DNA from: a virus
Lineage: Duplodnaviria > Caudoviricetes
Virus record (IMG/VR): IMGVR_UViG_3300047560_000348
Span: 4,136-68,135 of that record
Direction: 5' to 3' (one strand)
DNA length: 64,000 nucleotides
The notes under the pieces are model-generated. The model had not been told where the DNA came from. It was given only the letters and a program-made list of their open reading frames with translations, and made no database searches. The translations under genes were made by a program, and so were the position numbers. Positions 41,983 to 52,174 of the stretch are shown piece after piece; positions within the stretch are counted from its first letter, which is position 1, and every line of letters starts with the position of its first letter.

Positions 41983-42456
41983 TTACTTTAGGAACTCCCT
42001 AGCAACTTCATCAGCACTTGCTTCTCTGACGTGGCTGCGAGTTAGCCACTTTGCAGCAGCTTCCTTTGATACGATATTGTATCCAAGTGAAACTCTACCT
42101 ACACCGTCCCAGAAAACGTTACGTGATGAATAGATTGCAACGTCATCATTCTTAATTTCTGATGATGACTTCTTTGGTTCTTTCTTAACCTTTGGAGCAG
42201 CCTTAGTGGTGGTTGCACCAATAACGCCATTAGCAACTTCGCCCATGATCTGTGCTTCTGCTTTTGACTTACCTTGGTCGTTAGTAATTGTATTTGAATC
42301 CTCTTTAACTGGCTCTGCTTCTACAGGCTTGACCTCTTCAAGGAGTGGGGCTGCAATTTCTTCAGCCTTGTCTTCTGCAACAATTTCTTCAGCAGGTGTT
42401 TCCTTGACAATGTCTTCAGCTTCAGGGATCACATCATTTGTAGTTTCTTCAGACAT
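41983..42456 (-). CDS. Hypothetical protein with an acidic disordered N-terminus
   Basis: AAGGAGG RBS; lies between capsid and adaptor. Confidence 0.65.
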   Translation of the reverse strand: MSEETTNDVIPEAEDIVKETPAEEIVAEDKAEEIAAPLLEEVKPVEAEPVKEDSNTITNDQGKSKAEAQIMGEVANGVIGATTTKAAPKVKKEPKKSSSEIKNDDVAIYSSRNVFWDGVGRVSLGYNIVSKEAAAKWLTRSHVREASADEVAREFLK

Positions 42457-42498
42457 AATTCCTCCTTAGTTGTCTAGTTATATTATAACATTATATAT

Positions 42499-42533
42499 AA
42501 GATAAGGGGCAGGAGCTTGGATGCCCCTGCCCC
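42499..42533 (-). terminator. Terminator after the major capsid gene
   Basis: Minus strand GGGGCAGGGGC-ATCCAA-GCTCCTGCCCC followed by TTATCTT. Confidence 0.7.
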
Positions 42534-42554
42534 CTAAAAGGTACTGTTTACAGA

Positions 42555-43685
42555 TTATGCATCTGCAGCAGCGTCTGCGAACGCAATAGCGTCCTGCTCT
42601 TCCCACTGAATACCAAAGCGAACGAATACGGTGTATTCAATTGTGTCCTTCTTTGGCTTGTATTCACGGTTAACAGTGATGTCTCTCTGGAAACCCCAAA
42701 CACGGTTAGATGGGAATGTAAGGTCAACGTAACCTTCTGGGTAGTAAGGAACTTCCTGTACGTCAATTCCTAGAACACGAGTTGTACGTGCTCCACCGAA
42801 AGTCTGACCATTACCATCAAGGTATGCCTGACGGTTTGCAGGTGTACCAGCAGGTGTACCAGCAAATGCTTCAGCAATAGCGTCAGCAAGGGTACCATTG
42901 TGCTTTACGATACCAGCAAATGCGTCTGTACCAGCGTAGAACTTAAGGTTGTTCTTAAGTGCACGGTACTTACGTGGCATAGCAAGGATGATCTTCTGCA
43001 TAACTTCTGGAGTCCATGCATTGTCAGCTACTGTAACAACTGCTTCGTGAGCATCGCCATCAGTCTTAACCTTGTTAACAAAACCGTTCATGATCGACAG
43101 GAAGTTACCTGTGTCACCGTCACCGTTAATAGCAAGATCTTCGATGTCATTTGCAAAAGCATTTGTCATAAGACGTACTAGGTGATCCTCAAGAGCACCA
43201 CCTTCAATACCGTCTTCGAGAGCTTCAGCAGATACTTCCCAGTCAAGACGAATCTTCTTGGTTGTAAGTTCTACCTTTGAGAATGTAGCACCAGCGTTGG
43301 TGTAGTCACCGTTAGCCTGTGAAGCAGCACGAATAACACGCTCACCCACGTTAACCTTTTCAAGTTCCATGGTGTTAGCTTTCATTGTTACTCTGCGACC
43401 ATCCTTAGCAAGAACAGTTGCGTCCCAGACATAATCAATAAATCTGCGAGCTTGTTCAGGACGAAGAATACCACTGCCTGCATCACCTGAAGGATTTACG
43501 GCATTTGGTCCAGTTGTTAGACCATAGTTAGCTGTTGGGATATTTCCAACTGCACCACCAGTAGCGTAGTTACCAGGGATAGCAGCACCAGCTGTTGAAC
43601 CTGAAGCGAAAGCACCTTCTCCGTTAAAAAGACCAGAGTCATTGCCTGCAGCATCAGGGTTGTTTTTCTTAATTTCTTCCGACAT
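42555..43685 (-). CDS. Major capsid protein (HK97 fold)
   Basis: GIL.PEQARRFID, VELTTKKIRL.WEVS.E.LED.IEG, EDLAINGD; AGGAGGTG RBS; follows the protease. Confidence 0.9.
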   Translation of the reverse strand: MSEEIKKNNPDAAGNDSGLFNGEGAFASGSTAGAAIPGNYATGGAVGNIPTANYGLTTGPNAVNPSGDAGSGILRPEQARRFIDYVWDATVLAKDGRRVTMKANTMELEKVNVGERVIRAASQANGDYTNAGATFSKVELTTKKIRLDWEVSAEALEDGIEGGALEDHLVRLMTNAFANDIEDLAINGDGDTGNFLSIMNGFVNKVKTDGDAHEAVVTVADNAWTPEVMQKIILAMPRKYRALKNNLKFYAGTDAFAGIVKHNGTLADAIAEAFAGTPAGTPANRQAYLDGNGQTFGGARTTRVLGIDVQEVPYYPEGYVDLTFPSNRVWGFQRDITVNREYKPKKDTIEYTVFVRFGIQWEEQDAIAFADAAADA

Positions 43686-43706
43686 ATTGTCACCTCCTAA
43701 GTGATA

Positions 43707-45005
43707 TTACTTAAATAGATCGGCAGTTTTGAGGAAACGTCCGCCCCATATGGATTTTTCAACCTGTGTCTCAGGCTGTTCCTGAACAATCTCTCCGAGA
43801 TCGCCAGACTTGCGGAAAGCGGTGTCTGCTTCTACTGCATCTACTCTCTTTCCAAACTCATCAAATGTACCTTTGGCAGAAGCAACTTCGTGCTTAACTG
43901 TCTCAAGTGATTTGTTCAATGAAGAAATTTCATCCTGCATTGACTTTACTGTTGATACTAGATCGCTAAAGGCTGATGTCACTGTATCCTTCATGTCAGC
44001 AATTGACTTTGAAAGATCTTCGGCATCGTCTGATTTCTTAGCCTTGTCTTCTGCTTCTTCGTCAGCTGGTGTTTCGCCAGCATCCTCAGCAGGTGTCTCC
44101 TCATCTGCATGTGGCTTCATAGCCTTTTCTGCATTTTCCTCATCGGGAGTAGACTCAGCTTTTGCCTCTGGAGCGACCTCAGCTTCAACAACTACAGCTG
44201 CAGTTTCTTCAACTACATCTGCTTTTTCCATGTTGTCTTCAGTCATAGGACTTGCCTCCTTTGTCATCTTAGCAGTATTAATGCCTTTAGCACTATCAAC
44301 TAAGAACTTTATCATTTCTGTTTTTTCGTCATCATTCTTTTCAACGAAACCTATATTTTTCATTGGCTTTCCATCGACAGGGCTAACCTCTGATTCTTCA
44401 GTTGAAATTTTAACGATTCCAGATTGTTCATCATAGAAAACGTTTTCAACTGAAACTTCTGATAGGGGTCCAGACACGACTGTCTTGCCATCAACTTTCT
44501 GAACAGATAAAATGTTAGCAAATTGATTAGCAGGATTGTCAACGAGTGAAAGTTCTACTAGGTCGTAGTCCTTAATAATTCTAATTGGGCGATCAGCCTT
44601 TGTATCATAGCCATCGTCCCACTTGTTCATTCTACCGCCAATTGAAAAACCTGAAAGGGTGCCATCAAGGACCTTTTCCCAAGTGTCCTGAGCACCCTTT
44701 GATACATATACAGAAACGTAGATTCCAGAATAAACCTTCTTGGTATCTGGATCAAAATACTTATCCTCTTTGAAAGCGACCATCTTGCCAACTGCAAGAG
44801 GTTCATGCATTTCACGGATGTTGCCACGGAATCGTGAGAAGGCACTAAGAGATGCTTCTGGAGTAACGATGTCATCTTGCTTATCAACATTGTCTAATGT
44901 TGCAAAACCAGATACAATACGCTTTTCTTGATCCACTTTTGAAAGTGGCATCGATAGCCGAATGTCTTCACCTTCGGTAGACCAGTGTGCCTTTGATATA
45001 CTCAT
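43707..45005 (-). CDS. Prohead protease fused to an acidic coiled-coil scaffold
   Basis: IVSGFA, IREMH, GFSIGG, ELSLVDNPAN (HK97-type protease); acidic and coiled-coil C-terminal half. Confidence 0.88.
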   Translation of the reverse strand: MSISKAHWSTEGEDIRLSMPLSKVDQEKRIVSGFATLDNVDKQDDIVTPEASLSAFSRFRGNIREMHEPLAVGKMVAFKEDKYFDPDTKKVYSGIYVSVYVSKGAQDTWEKVLDGTLSGFSIGGRMNKWDDGYDTKADRPIRIIKDYDLVELSLVDNPANQFANILSVQKVDGKTVVSGPLSEVSVENVFYDEQSGIVKISTEESEVSPVDGKPMKNIGFVEKNDDEKTEMIKFLVDSAKGINTAKMTKEASPMTEDNMEKADVVEETAAVVVEAEVAPEAKAESTPDEENAEKAMKPHADEETPAEDAGETPADEEAEDKAKKSDDAEDLSKSIADMKDTVTSAFSDLVSTVKSMQDEISSLNKSLETVKHEVASAKGTFDEFGKRVDAVEADTAFRKSGDLGEIVQEQPETQVEKSIWGGRFLKTADLFK

Positions 45006-45078
45006 ACTATATTATATTATAGAGCCCTTTTTATACATTTTGATATATTTTAAGCTATGTAGCTAATTATATCATAAT

Positions 45079-46719
45079 TTATGCTGTTGCTCTTCCTTCA
45101 CCTTTTGGATTTCTTCCAGATACGGTACTCGTACTATCAGAGTTATTATTTGTTCTTTCTGCATCTCTCTGTCTATCAGCAGTTGAATTTGCAGCATCTT
45201 GTGGCTTTATCTGCATTGGCTTATTACCTTCTCCGTCAGGTCTAGGTGGCATTCCAAGCATTTCTCTTGCCTCATCTGGAGTAATGACCTGATTCTTTAC
45301 ATATCTTTCAATAATCTGAGACTGTGCAATTTCGTCAGTTAGGGTAAGCTCATTAAACTTAAAATCAACGATGTCTGTTTTTTCGTGAATAATTCTATTG
45401 ATCATTTTTGCAAGGTTAGACTGAGCAGGTCTAGACACTTGCTCCTTAAATGTTCTATCTTGTGCAAGGGCAGCAGCGACAGCTGATGAATCCCCACCAC
45501 CAAGCTTTGATAGCGGAACTTGATGTGCTACAAGAATATCGTCACGGTTACGAATACGATATTCATTAAATGATGCTTCCTGAGTTCCATTCTCCACAGC
45601 TTCCATCTTGAACTCAACCTTATTGGTATCTGAATCTCCAGGAAGTGGGATGTATAGGGTTCTGTGGTTTGACCCCTTTAGGCTGGTCTGTAAGAATCTA
45701 AACATCTTATCTTCTGCGTCTTCTGAAAGCTTTGCACCCTTCAGCGTAACGACATAGCGTGGAACGCCCTTGTTTCCAAAGTAGTCAATGTTGTACTGAG
45801 ATGCTAGCTGATCTCCATAAAGAGATGAAATTGCAGACATAATATCTGGTACACCATAGAATGAATTTAGTGGAGAATATTCCTTATAGTGCAAAATCTC
45901 GTTAGGTCTTGGGTCAGCAGTGATTGGGTTTGGATTCTTTGCACCAAAGTTTCTAAAGTAAACAACACGATTACCAATAATCTGAAGGTAGCCATCTTTC
46001 ATTCTGCGTACACGAATAGTTGTAGCAGGAATATGGCCTACATAACCAATCTCACCCTTAACAGTTCTACCAATTTCAAGATATCCATTTCCAGTTGCCT
46101 GGACATCTGTATAAAACTTTTCTAGGACATGTGTAAATGACTCATCTGAATTTAAAGATTCTAGCCAATCTCTTAGCTCAACCTTTGTTCTTTCAATTCT
46201 CTTTTTTGCCTTCTCTATTGCACTCTCATTAGTAGCAGCATCCAAAGAAAGCATTGTACGCTTTGACATCTCAAAGTCGTAGCCTAGTCCAACAATATTT
46301 TCTACCTTAGCGTCAATTGCTGCGTGGTTGGCAAATGATGTATCGTAGTAGTTTGCAAGTTCATAAAGGTTCCATGGAGGAGTAATGACATCAAACATGC
46401 CATATCCATTTCTATATACTCTACCTGGATTGATTTCTTTAGAACGTGCTTCATCTCTACCAGTTCTTACTGCAAGTGCACTGTCTTGATACCCTGGATC
46501 TGTCAGGTCATAGTTTGGTGACACAACTCGTGTCTCAAGTAGGTCATCTGCTTTGTTGATACGCTCTGTTCTGCGTTTAAAGTTTTTGTCTAAACCTTGA
46601 TATAGCTTAAGGGTGGACCAATCATTTAGGAATGGGTCTTGTGCTTTAAAAAGATCTTCTTTAACCTCATTCTCAGAGATATTTGCATTGATGTAGATTG
46701 GTCCATTGTCTTCTGACAT
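45079..46719 (-). CDS. Portal protein
   Basis: TGNGYLEI.R, EILH.K, YGVPD, YFGNKGVP, ITPDEARE. Confidence 0.9.
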   Translation of the reverse strand: MSEDNGPIYINANISENEVKEDLFKAQDPFLNDWSTLKLYQGLDKNFKRRTERINKADDLLETRVVSPNYDLTDPGYQDSALAVRTGRDEARSKEINPGRVYRNGYGMFDVITPPWNLYELANYYDTSFANHAAIDAKVENIVGLGYDFEMSKRTMLSLDAATNESAIEKAKKRIERTKVELRDWLESLNSDESFTHVLEKFYTDVQATGNGYLEIGRTVKGEIGYVGHIPATTIRVRRMKDGYLQIIGNRVVYFRNFGAKNPNPITADPRPNEILHYKEYSPLNSFYGVPDIMSAISSLYGDQLASQYNIDYFGNKGVPRYVVTLKGAKLSEDAEDKMFRFLQTSLKGSNHRTLYIPLPGDSDTNKVEFKMEAVENGTQEASFNEYRIRNRDDILVAHQVPLSKLGGGDSSAVAAALAQDRTFKEQVSRPAQSNLAKMINRIIHEKTDIVDFKFNELTLTDEIAQSQIIERYVKNQVITPDEAREMLGMPPRPDGEGNKPMQIKPQDAANSTADRQRDAERTNNNSDSTSTVSGRNPKGEGRATA

Positions 46720-47105
46720 TATTCTTCGTCTCCATAAAGTTCTAGGGTTTTCTTAGCTGCCTGAACTGCACCCAGGTCATTTAAGTTAGGAATTAGGCCC
46801 TGGTTCATTCTCTCTACCTGTTCAGCATAGACTTCATCAGATACTCTTTCTAGTCCTGGAACAAAAACACATTCGCCTTCTCCATCATCGCCATAGTGTA
46901 CTGCAGCATCTCTAAGTTTTTTAATCTGTGCTAGGTCACCTTTATTTGACGGTATGTTCAGGACGTTGCCCTCTCCGTCAGTAAACCATTTCCCATCAGA
47001 CTTTTTGTAGACATACAGACCCCAGTCATACATCTTATCGATGACTTGACGGCGAACGTTATTTACAAGGGGCTTTCCAGTTTTTTGACTAATTAAAGAA
47101 TCCAT
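46719..47105 (-). CDS. Hypothetical protein upstream of portal (likely start 47105)
   Basis: TAATG overlap with the portal start; ATG 47105 lies 7 nt downstream of TGGTATACT. Confidence 0.65.
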   Translation of the reverse strand: MDSLISQKTGKPLVNNVRRQVIDKMYDWGLYVYKKSDGKWFTDGEGNVLNIPSNKGDLAQIKKLRDAAVHYGDDGEGECVFVPGLERVSDEVYAEQVERMNQGLIPNLNDLGAVQAAKKTLELYGDEE

Positions 47106-47123
47106 AACCATTAGTATACCATA

Positions 47124-50100
47124 TTATGCAATATTAACAGTCGTATTTACCACGTTGTCGTTATTGACAACCCTAAATCTGTACCTATTTGCCCTAATGG
47201 TTGATTTGTCATCTATGACAAGCTTTGTGGATCCAACGTAAGAGTTATAAATATCTGCTGGATCAACTCCATAGAAGCTTTGGGTAGCTAGGACTAGAGC
47301 TTCAAACCACTTAAAGTTGCCCTCCCAATATCTCCAGTCATATTCCAATCTTCCAGATTCCTTGACACCTAGCCAGCTTCTTGTAGCGATTTCTAGGACT
47401 TCTGCCAATCTGCTTGATGTATAAAAAGATATATTATTAAACATCATTGGACCATTAATTCTTAATGCTGCCGTATTCAGTGAGGAATCAATCTGATTGC
47501 TAAAGTAGATGCCAAGGGCTGACCACTGTTTTAGCGAGATAACTGGCTCTCTAACAATTTTTCCGTTAAGGTAGAAGGCAATTCCAGATTCAAGCTGTCC
47601 AGTTTTCATATTAATACAGAAAATCTTTCCTCGCTTTCCATCCTTATGAACTGCCTGAACAAAGAATCTTAGATGCGTAGTATCACTTTCAATCTCAAAG
47701 ATCTCTGTTGGAGAGTATGGGAAGTATTGCAAATCATACTTCATGAAACCCTGCAAGGCAATAACTCGATATAAGTCAACCTTATTAACATTGATTGGAA
47801 TCTCAATTCCTCTGTTGACTTCTCTATCCATTGTCCCAAACACACGAATACCACTATTTTGATTCAAATATAGGTGCGGTGTGCTGCCCTTGTAAATTGA
47901 AAAAGGATTTTTCTTTTTGAAATCATAATAATATCTATTCTTTGCATATGGGTATATGTCTACAGCATTTCTTGTCCCAATTGGTGTTTCTGAAGTTTCA
48001 TTTAATGACATAGATGAAATGGCTAGGTTTGCAATAGATACTGGTCGATCAACTACATTATCATTAATTATTTTAATCTCAACAAACATTGAGAGTGAAT
48101 TAAAGTCTACATTGGCTGGTGGATAAATAATTGAGTTGTCTACAATTTCATATTTTGTGTTTATCCACTCTGCCCCTGGCTCAATAATAGATTCGTCATC
48201 TAGTTTTGAGTAGTTTGTATAGTATGAGTCAGAGTTTGAGTATCCACTGTTATTTTCTTTAAAGTATATGTATGTCTTTGCTAGGTATCCATCAGTGTCT
48301 AGCTTATAAGAATTCTTAGTATTTTCTGCAAGATCAGCATAGTCGTTGTATCCAGTAAATAGTGGATTGTCTAGATCAGCATAAGTCCTTGATGCTGGTA
48401 CTGAGAATTCATTTTTTAGCTGATTATATGTCCATCCATCTCCGTTAGTTATGACTTTTACTAGCTTGTTTGGTGCTGGAATATCTACATTTATTTGAAG
48501 AAAGTCTAGGTCATATTTCTGATAACCATCTTGGTCTGTAATGTTTTTTGCAAAATACGACAAAGGCAAACCTGATGTCCATGAACCTGATGATGAAACC
48601 ACTAGATCAATAGCGTTGTTAATTTCTAAGAATTTAACACTATAGCTTGCTGTACCAGATAGAACCTGTGTAGTTGCAAAATTGGCAACATTTCCACCAT
48701 CCCATATAAATTGCCAAAATGTAGTATTGTAGTACTCAGCATCAGCATATCCTTCAGCGTCAGAAATATCATCAGTTCCAAAAATCAGACCTCTGCTATT
48801 AAATGATGATGCGAACTCTTCTATGGAATATTCATTGAATAGGCCAAATGCATAGATATTTCCTGTATATGTGTCAGAGTTTCCAGATCCACCAATCTTA
48901 ACAGAAAGGGATGATGCTTTAGCAAAAAATCTTTCTACCTGATAGCCATAGCCTTTTGATAGCTTGTTGAAGTTTATACCAACAGTATAGATTTCTCCAC
49001 CTATAAATGGTGATGAGGTTGTTACTGATGTATATACCCCACTAATTGTCAATCCATAATTGATGTATCCATCTTTTTTAAAGATGTCAAAACTATCTCC
49101 AGTATTTTTATCAGAAAGTGTAATCAGCATTTCTTTTTCTGTGCTATTGTCAAGATCTTTAAAGGTTGCATAGACACCACTAAATGTTCCAGATATATTT
49201 TTTGATGCATCTGAAATGTTTATGAAAGAGTTTTCTGGAAGTCTTATATATGAGTCATCCTCGTTCTGATAAGCAATTGCAGATGATAAAATTTCTTGCT
49301 CTGAAACATTACCAACTATTGATGGCTTTTCTGGAACTATATTCTTGAGTGACTTATTATCAAATGTCAAATTGTTTATTTTTCCAGCTGACCACTGTGA
49401 ATGTTTTGGATAAGAGTAATTGTTTGCATATTTTGCAAATGAATAGTCAATATTAACGCTTGAGCCTCCATACTGAAGATTCAACGATTCTGGATTTTGA
49501 ATTGCTTGGCCATATACCCAGTGTTTTTTAGCTATTGTGTTATTAAACAAATAGCCATACAAAGATATACAATCCATCTCAAATGGATGTATCTCCTGAC
49601 TTCCATATATGGCCACCCAGTCTGTACTCTTTTGATCAACTGTCATATCTGGGTAAATAATTGTAGACTGATCTATTGTAAGGTCAATAACTGATTCACC
49701 ATTTAAAAATAGAACTGCTCTTGATGCAGAAACTGATAGATTGACAAGCATTGGTCTAAACCATTCACCAACGTAATAAGTTTTAGAATATTTTCCAATC
49801 TTTAATGTTATAAATTCTTGATCAATATATATTCCCGAATTATTTCCAACTGGACCAATAATCTTGTATGGTGCTGAATTTGTTGGCAATGCTCTGAGCC
49901 AAAATTCTAATGTATAGTCTCTATATTGTCCAGATTTATTTAAAAATCCATTAGCTGGTAGCAAAGCTTTTACTGATTGAGTATCTGAAACTGTTACTGA
50001 GCTTTGTGATCCGAAAACCAAAGGAATAGAATCTGAAGAAAGACCTAGACGATTGCTATCTACTAATACATAACCATTTCCATCTATAGCACATGAATTT

Positions 50101-50774
50101 GAAAGAATTAAACATCTTTGCTCATTTACTACCCCATAAATATTTTCTGGAATAGCGAATGGAGTTAATCCCGTAGTTGATGAGTTAAATGATTCTGACC
50201 ATTGTCCAGTTGACACACCATTAATAAAGAAAGACGAAGAGTTGTCTGGATCTTCAATATATTCAAAAGCAATATCTATTGAATAGTCAGTATCCATACC
50301 TTCTGGTAAATCAAATGTTTCAGATATAAACATCCACTTACCAGGAATAACTCCAGAAAATCTTTTATTTACATAGTTTGACCCAAATGATGGATCTTCA
50401 TAGGCATATCCAATCGATATAGCAATAGATGATTTTGGAGCACAGTTGACAAAAGCACCAATTGTAATAGTTGAAAGGTCTTGATTGATGTGTGAAAACT
50501 TACCAACTGCTGGGCTAATGATGTGAACCTTTTGTACGTTCTGGTTATTAAATCTACCAACAGTTAAAACATAACAATCCTCATTAGCTAGAGGACTATC
50601 TATGTTATTATTTTTGACCAATGTAAATGATTCTGCACCAACACCCCAAGTATTAAGATCTCTTAATGTTGGTCCAACAAGATCTACATACGACAAATCG
50701 TCATCTAGCGACCATAGTGAAATGGGGTTATCGGCTAATATTTTAGACGCATACTGATTTAATGAACTAGGCAT
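47124..50774 (-). CDS. Large virion-associated protein with concanavalin/LamG-like and CBM-like domains
   Basis: YASKILADNPISLWSLDD, YTLEFWLR, LFLNGE..I and MDCISLY are LamG-type patterns. Confidence 0.6.
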   Translation of the reverse strand: MPSSLNQYASKILADNPISLWSLDDDLSYVDLVGPTLRDLNTWGVGAESFTLVKNNNIDSPLANEDCYVLTVGRFNNQNVQKVHIISPAVGKFSHINQDLSTITIGAFVNCAPKSSIAISIGYAYEDPSFGSNYVNKRFSGVIPGKWMFISETFDLPEGMDTDYSIDIAFEYIEDPDNSSSFFINGVSTGQWSESFNSSTTGLTPFAIPENIYGVVNEQRCLILSNSCAIDGNGYVLVDSNRLGLSSDSIPLVFGSQSSVTVSDTQSVKALLPANGFLNKSGQYRDYTLEFWLRALPTNSAPYKIIGPVGNNSGIYIDQEFITLKIGKYSKTYYVGEWFRPMLVNLSVSASRAVLFLNGESVIDLTIDQSTIIYPDMTVDQKSTDWVAIYGSQEIHPFEMDCISLYGYLFNNTIAKKHWVYGQAIQNPESLNLQYGGSSVNIDYSFAKYANNYSYPKHSQWSAGKINNLTFDNKSLKNIVPEKPSIVGNVSEQEILSSAIAYQNEDDSYIRLPENSFINISDASKNISGTFSGVYATFKDLDNSTEKEMLITLSDKNTGDSFDIFKKDGYINYGLTISGVYTSVTTSSPFIGGEIYTVGINFNKLSKGYGYQVERFFAKASSLSVKIGGSGNSDTYTGNIYAFGLFNEYSIEEFASSFNSRGLIFGTDDISDAEGYADAEYYNTTFWQFIWDGGNVANFATTQVLSGTASYSVKFLEINNAIDLVVSSSGSWTSGLPLSYFAKNITDQDGYQKYDLDFLQINVDIPAPNKLVKVITNGDGWTYNQLKNEFSVPASRTYADLDNPLFTGYNDYADLAENTKNSYKLDTDGYLAKTYIYFKENNSGYSNSDSYYTNYSKLDDESIIEPGAEWINTKYEIVDNSIIYPPANVDFNSLSMFVEIKIINDNVVDRPVSIANLAISSMSLNETSETPIGTRNAVDIYPYAKNRYYYDFKKKNPFSIYKGSTPHLYLNQNSGIRVFGTMDREVNRGIEIPINVNKVDLYRVIALQGFMKYDLQYFPYSPTEIFEIESDTTHLRFFVQAVHKDGKRGKIFCINMKTGQLESGIAFYLNGKIVREPVISLKQWSALGIYFSNQIDSSLNTAALRINGPMMFNNISFYTSSRLAEVLEIATRSWLGVKESGRLEYDWRYWEGNFKWFEALVLATQSFYGVDPADIYNSYVGSTKLVIDDKSTIRANRYRFRVVNNDNVVNTTVNIA

Positions 50775-50796
50775 AAGTTTCTCCTAGTATATTTTA

Positions 50797-51336
50797 TCAT
50801 ACTATACGTGTAAACCAGCGTGGAGTTGTATATCTGATACCTTCTGCAATTGGCTTGACTCCATGGATATATCTTGGATTATCTGGAAAGGTTAGCAGAT
50901 CTCCAGGTTGTGGTTTATGAGAAATATCATATTCTGGGAAATAGATATCTCCACCAGTATAGTCGTTATTTATATAGATAAGTGTAGCAATATCATTTGG
51001 CTTACTTGCATCATAGTGCTCATGCATACCCCACCCAGACTCAAACCTAGCTATGTGTGACATTGCTGGCTCAAATGGCTTGAATTCGCCTCCATAATGC
51101 TCTACGACAAAGTCATAGACTTTCTTGCCCCATTCTGTCACCAGTGCCCTTACAGCCTGTGTGTCAACGTCATCCTTCTTGAATACATTGACGGTAAACT
51201 CTTTTTCTCCATTACCATACTCATCAAATTCGCCATCATTCTTTCTTGAGTATGCATCAATAATTTCTATGACATCTGCTGGCATAAAACCTGGAATGTA
51301 ATGAATCTGAGACTTCAATTCTTCTTTTGTCATCAT
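50797..51336 (-). CDS. 2OG-Fe(II) oxygenase, prolyl-4-hydroxylase-like
   Basis: MHEHYD (HxD), IYINNDYTGGDIYF, PGDLLTFP, HGV, GIRYT. Confidence 0.9.
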   Translation of the reverse strand: MMTKEELKSQIHYIPGFMPADVIEIIDAYSRKNDGEFDEYGNGEKEFTVNVFKKDDVDTQAVRALVTEWGKKVYDFVVEHYGGEFKPFEPAMSHIARFESGWGMHEHYDASKPNDIATLIYINNDYTGGDIYFPEYDISHKPQPGDLLTFPDNPRYIHGVKPIAEGIRYTTPRWFTRIV

Positions 51337-51494
51337 CTAAACCTATCTTCTGGTGAGTGTTTTGGCATGTTGTCAGCACCGCATTTTGTACAAGTAAGCT
51401 TTATAATTCCAGTAACTGGACATTCATTACCACGAACTACCTCATGACCTAGTATTTGACACTTTTTAGCTATTAGCCATTTATAGAATCCCAT
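51333..51494 (-). CDS. 53-aa Cys/His-rich (putative Zn-binding) mini-protein (absent from the ORF track)
   Basis: Manual translation MGFYKWLIAKKCQILGHEVVRGNECPVTGIIKLTCTKCGADNMPKHSPEDRFR; GAGG RBS; ATGA overlap with the next gene. Confidence 0.72.
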   Translation of the reverse strand: MGFYKWLIAKKCQILGHEVVRGNECPVTGIIKLTCTKCGADNMPKHSPEDRFR

Positions 51495-51507
51495 TAGTTG
51501 TGCCTCA

Positions 51508-52173
51508 TCATATTAGTGGTACCCAATGTTGAGACACTCCTCCGCCATCTTGAATTGATTCTACAACTCTTGTATCATATGCCAGAGTTATTCTCTTTTT
51601 GTTTGAATCGCCCCAGTGACCACGAGCATGCTTATGGCCAGTTTCCGACAAAATGGCTCTATTGTTTTTATTTTCATTTCTAAATGGTGTTACACCATTG
51701 ATTCTATAATGTGTTGTTGATGGCTCTGCATTGATGCAATAATATCCGTGAATATCTGGCATTCCCATACCACCAGAGTGTTCGTGTAGGTTTGGCTCAA
51801 TGTGGTATGTTTCATACTCTTCTAAAGAACAATCATCTGCGTCTTCAACGTTAATCCAACCTTGAACATAGTATTCCATTTCATCAAAATCTTTACCATA
51901 ATGGTCACATGCCTCTTTAGCCATATCTCTTACTGCTGCATAAAGCTTTCTAATTACCTTATGCTGCATTTGAAAAATATTATAGTTGCTTAAAAGTCTA
52001 GTGGTGAGGCATCCATGATTTTCTGCCTTAATGCTTTGTGCATACTCTTTTGTAATACCTGGCAATTCGCCATCTAACATCTTCTGTTCTACGACAATAC
52101 AGAAATCATAAAAATCTTCCAAGTCATTGTCAGATATATCTAGGTATCTTTCAAAGAATTTGTGCTCTGCCAT
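51508..52173 (-). CDS. Putative DSBH Fe(II) oxygenase (TIGR02466-like), paralog 3
   Basis: HKFFERYLD, QGWIN, HEH, HGYYCINAEPS, NKNNR, SETGHKH, RITLAYD, QHWVPL. Confidence 0.68.
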   Translation of the reverse strand: MAEHKFFERYLDISDNDLEDFYDFCIVVEQKMLDGELPGITKEYAQSIKAENHGCLTTRLLSNYNIFQMQHKVIRKLYAAVRDMAKEACDHYGKDFDEMEYYVQGWINVEDADDCSLEEYETYHIEPNLHEHSGGMGMPDIHGYYCINAEPSTTHYRINGVTPFRNENKNNRAILSETGHKHARGHWGDSNKKRITLAYDTRVVESIQDGGGVSQHWVPLI

Positions 52174-52174
52174 A

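Noticed and set aside
43810-44436. Long plus-strand ORFs opposite structural genes (e.g. 43810..44436, 24177..24644, 26231..26707, 5095..5484)
   Set aside because: Antisense shadows produced by codon bias of the minus-strand genes; no RBS or recognisable motifs.
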